Positions 62,220 to 64,000 of a DNA stretch of 64,000 bases are shown piece after piece; position 1 is the stretch's first letter, and the number at the start of each line of letters is the position of its first letter. Source of the stretch: Negaprion brevirostris. Lineage: Eukaryota. Made by a program: the position numbers and the translations under genes. The notes below the pieces were generated by a model. It was given only the letters and a program-made list of their open reading frames with translations. It was not told the DNA's origin and searched no databases. The stretch is from positions 33,124,887 to 33,188,886 of the forward strand of contig JARDVH010000163.1 of assembly GCA_030324005.1 (NCBI GenBank), given 5' to 3'.

Positions 62220-62310
62220 TTAGGATCCCGACAGTACAGAAGGAGGCCATTTGGCCCATCAAGTCTGCACTGACCACAATCCCACTGCGGCACTATCCCC
62301 ATAACCCCAT
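62220..62310 (-). mobile_element. HE1 3' part (remainder in gap)
   Basis: cagtacagaaggaggccatttggcccatcaagtctgcactgaccacaatccc. Confidence 0.85.
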
Positions 62311-63293
62311 NNNNNNNNNNNNNNNNNNNNNNNNNNNNNNNNNNNNNNNNNNNNNNNNNNNNNNNNNNNNNNNNNNNNNNNNNNNNNNNNNNNNNNNNNN
62401 NNNNNNNNNNNNNNNNNNNNNNNNNNNNNNNNNNNNNNNNNNNNNNNNNNNNNNNNNNNNNNNNNNNNNNNNNNNNNNNNNNNNNNNNNNNNNNNNNNNN
62501 NNNNNNNNNNNNNNNNNNNNNNNNNNNNNNNNNNNNNNNNNNNNNNNNNNNNNNNNNNNNNNNNNNNNNNNNCAAATATTTGTGACTTTTTTCATTTTTT
62601 GACTTGCCTTGTGTGGTCTCCTGCTCCATCCAATTGAGATGGGGCATGCTGGTGGGGCGGATAGCACGAGAAGGAACTTGCATTGCATTTTGGAATCATT
62701 CCCCCAAATGCCGTTTTTATTTGCCTGAATTCACTCAAATACTTATTCCAAGAGCAAAGGGCAATTTCTGTGATTCACATTCAATTTAAACAGGATTCCA
62801 TTCATCCAAATTTGTTTCAGTGCAGATAAAGGNNNNNNNNNNTCATCACGTCAGTCTCACAAGAATTCGTGTTTGATCCACAGTTGAAATTATGTTGTTA
62901 TCATCCACTATTCCTATATTTCATATCTAGATCTTTTTGGAGATGCTTTTTGAGCTAAATTGTTAATGCAGATATTGGGGGTGATTTTCTGGCCCTGTGT
63001 GCACAGGTGCAAATCGTGTTACGGTCGTATTATGGATAGAGAATCTCACAAGGGGGACCATAGCGTGATTTGCTCTGGGGACAGCCCCACTTGGGATTCT
63101 CCCCACCCCTGACCAATGATGCCATCTGGCTCAAGCCCAGAGAAGCGTTTTTAAAATCCTAATTTAAATATGCAGAATTGACTTTAAGTCAATTTCACCC
63201 AGCCCCTTCAATTTTACCTGCCGCCACAATGTAAAGTCAATGGCACTCATTACTGGTCTCCACAAAAAGAGGCCATTGGAGCCTTTGGGTGGT

Positions 63294-63420
63294 CAGAGAC
63301 ATGCCAGGTTGGAGAAAGAGGCACTGAGCATTCTGTTTGGAGTGGGCAAATTTCACCAATACCTTTATGGTGGTCATTTCACATTGCTGATGGACCACCG
63401 GCCCTTAACAACTATTTTTG
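63294..63420 (+). pseudogene. Ty3/Gypsy pol RNase H fragment
   Basis: QRHARLEKEALSILFGVGKFHQYLYGGHFTLLMDHRPLTTIF matches the Gypsy RNase H motif E(K/R)EAL...KFH.YL.G..F...TDH.PL. Confidence 0.88.
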
Positions 63421-63444
63421 CAGCCCAATCCCACGCAATATCAC

Positions 63445-63565
63445 TTTATAGGATCTCTACACTGCAGAAGCAGGCCATTTGGCCCATCAAATCAGTACTG
63501 ACCGCAATCCCATCCAGACCCTATCCCCACAACCCCTTGTACTTACCCTAGCTAGTCTCCCTTCT
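63445..63565 (-). mobile_element. HE1 3' tail
   Basis: ataggatctctacactgcagaagcaggccatttggcccatc..ccctatcccc. Confidence 0.8.
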
Positions 63566-64000
63566 CAACTTTTTATCCAACAAATGCAGTATATGACAAT
63601 TGTGATCTGGATCGCGCTAACTCACCTGACAGGAATCTCACCACTTTCCCTGCCGGAGACACAATTTTTTGGGAGAATTTTGCCCATTATTCATCACACA
63701 GAGGTGGGTCAAATTCAATGCAAAAAGAAGGCATTCAAAAATATTGATATATGATCTGTGCAGTGTAGATAACCTTAAAAATGTTCAATAATTAATGACG
63801 TAATTATAGCAGTTAAAACAAGGGAAGTACTCTTACTCCATAATAGACCTGGATGTGACCCTTGAGAAAGAGAGTTGTTCAAGCATGAGAATTTTTTCAA
63901 CCTAAGTTCTTTTTCAAAGCTGTTAATAATTCTATTTTGGGGATAATTATCCCTGAAATGCTTTCAAGTGAAATGTCCCATGTTTTCCATTGGGAGAACC

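Larger units (their letters stand above)
62977..63685. mobile_element. Composite GC-rich MITE, TSD ATT
   Basis: att|gggggtgattttct ... gggagaattttgccc|att. Confidence 0.7.

Noticed and set aside
1-64000. CRISPR array, operon, phage or other prokaryotic-type system
   Set aside because: No regularly spaced direct repeats and no gene-dense ORFs; all recurring sequences are vertebrate SINE, LINE or MITE copies

Overview
Vertebrate nuclear DNA, almost certainly from a shark or ray: it carries many HE1-type V-SINEs with their CR1/HER1-like partner LINE tails, plus Deu-domain SINEs. It comes from a gappy draft assembly with many N runs, mostly inside repeats. I find no intact protein-coding gene, RNA gene, CRISPR array or prokaryotic system. 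Every ORF with recognisable protein motifs is a decayed retroelement (CR1 endonuclease/RT, RTE RT, L2, Gypsy RNase H), and the long ORFs are N-run artefacts. The window reads as a gene desert or very large intron. It is a mosaic of nested LINEs, SINEs, two probable solo LTRs and several families of GC-rich non-autonomous DNA transposons (MITEs) with GGGC-type termini and 3-bp target duplications (PIF/Harbinger-like). Between them lie repeat-free islands rich in transcription-factor motifs that look like conserved non-coding enhancers. Best leads: a V-SINE variant whose tail resembles a Rex1-like LINE rather than HER1, an RTE LINE with an inverted 5' segment, a TSD-bounded MITE containing a Gypsy RNase H fragment, and the candidate enhancer islands. 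Family names rest on recalled consensus features, not on database searches, and repeat boundaries are approximate unless a TSD is given.
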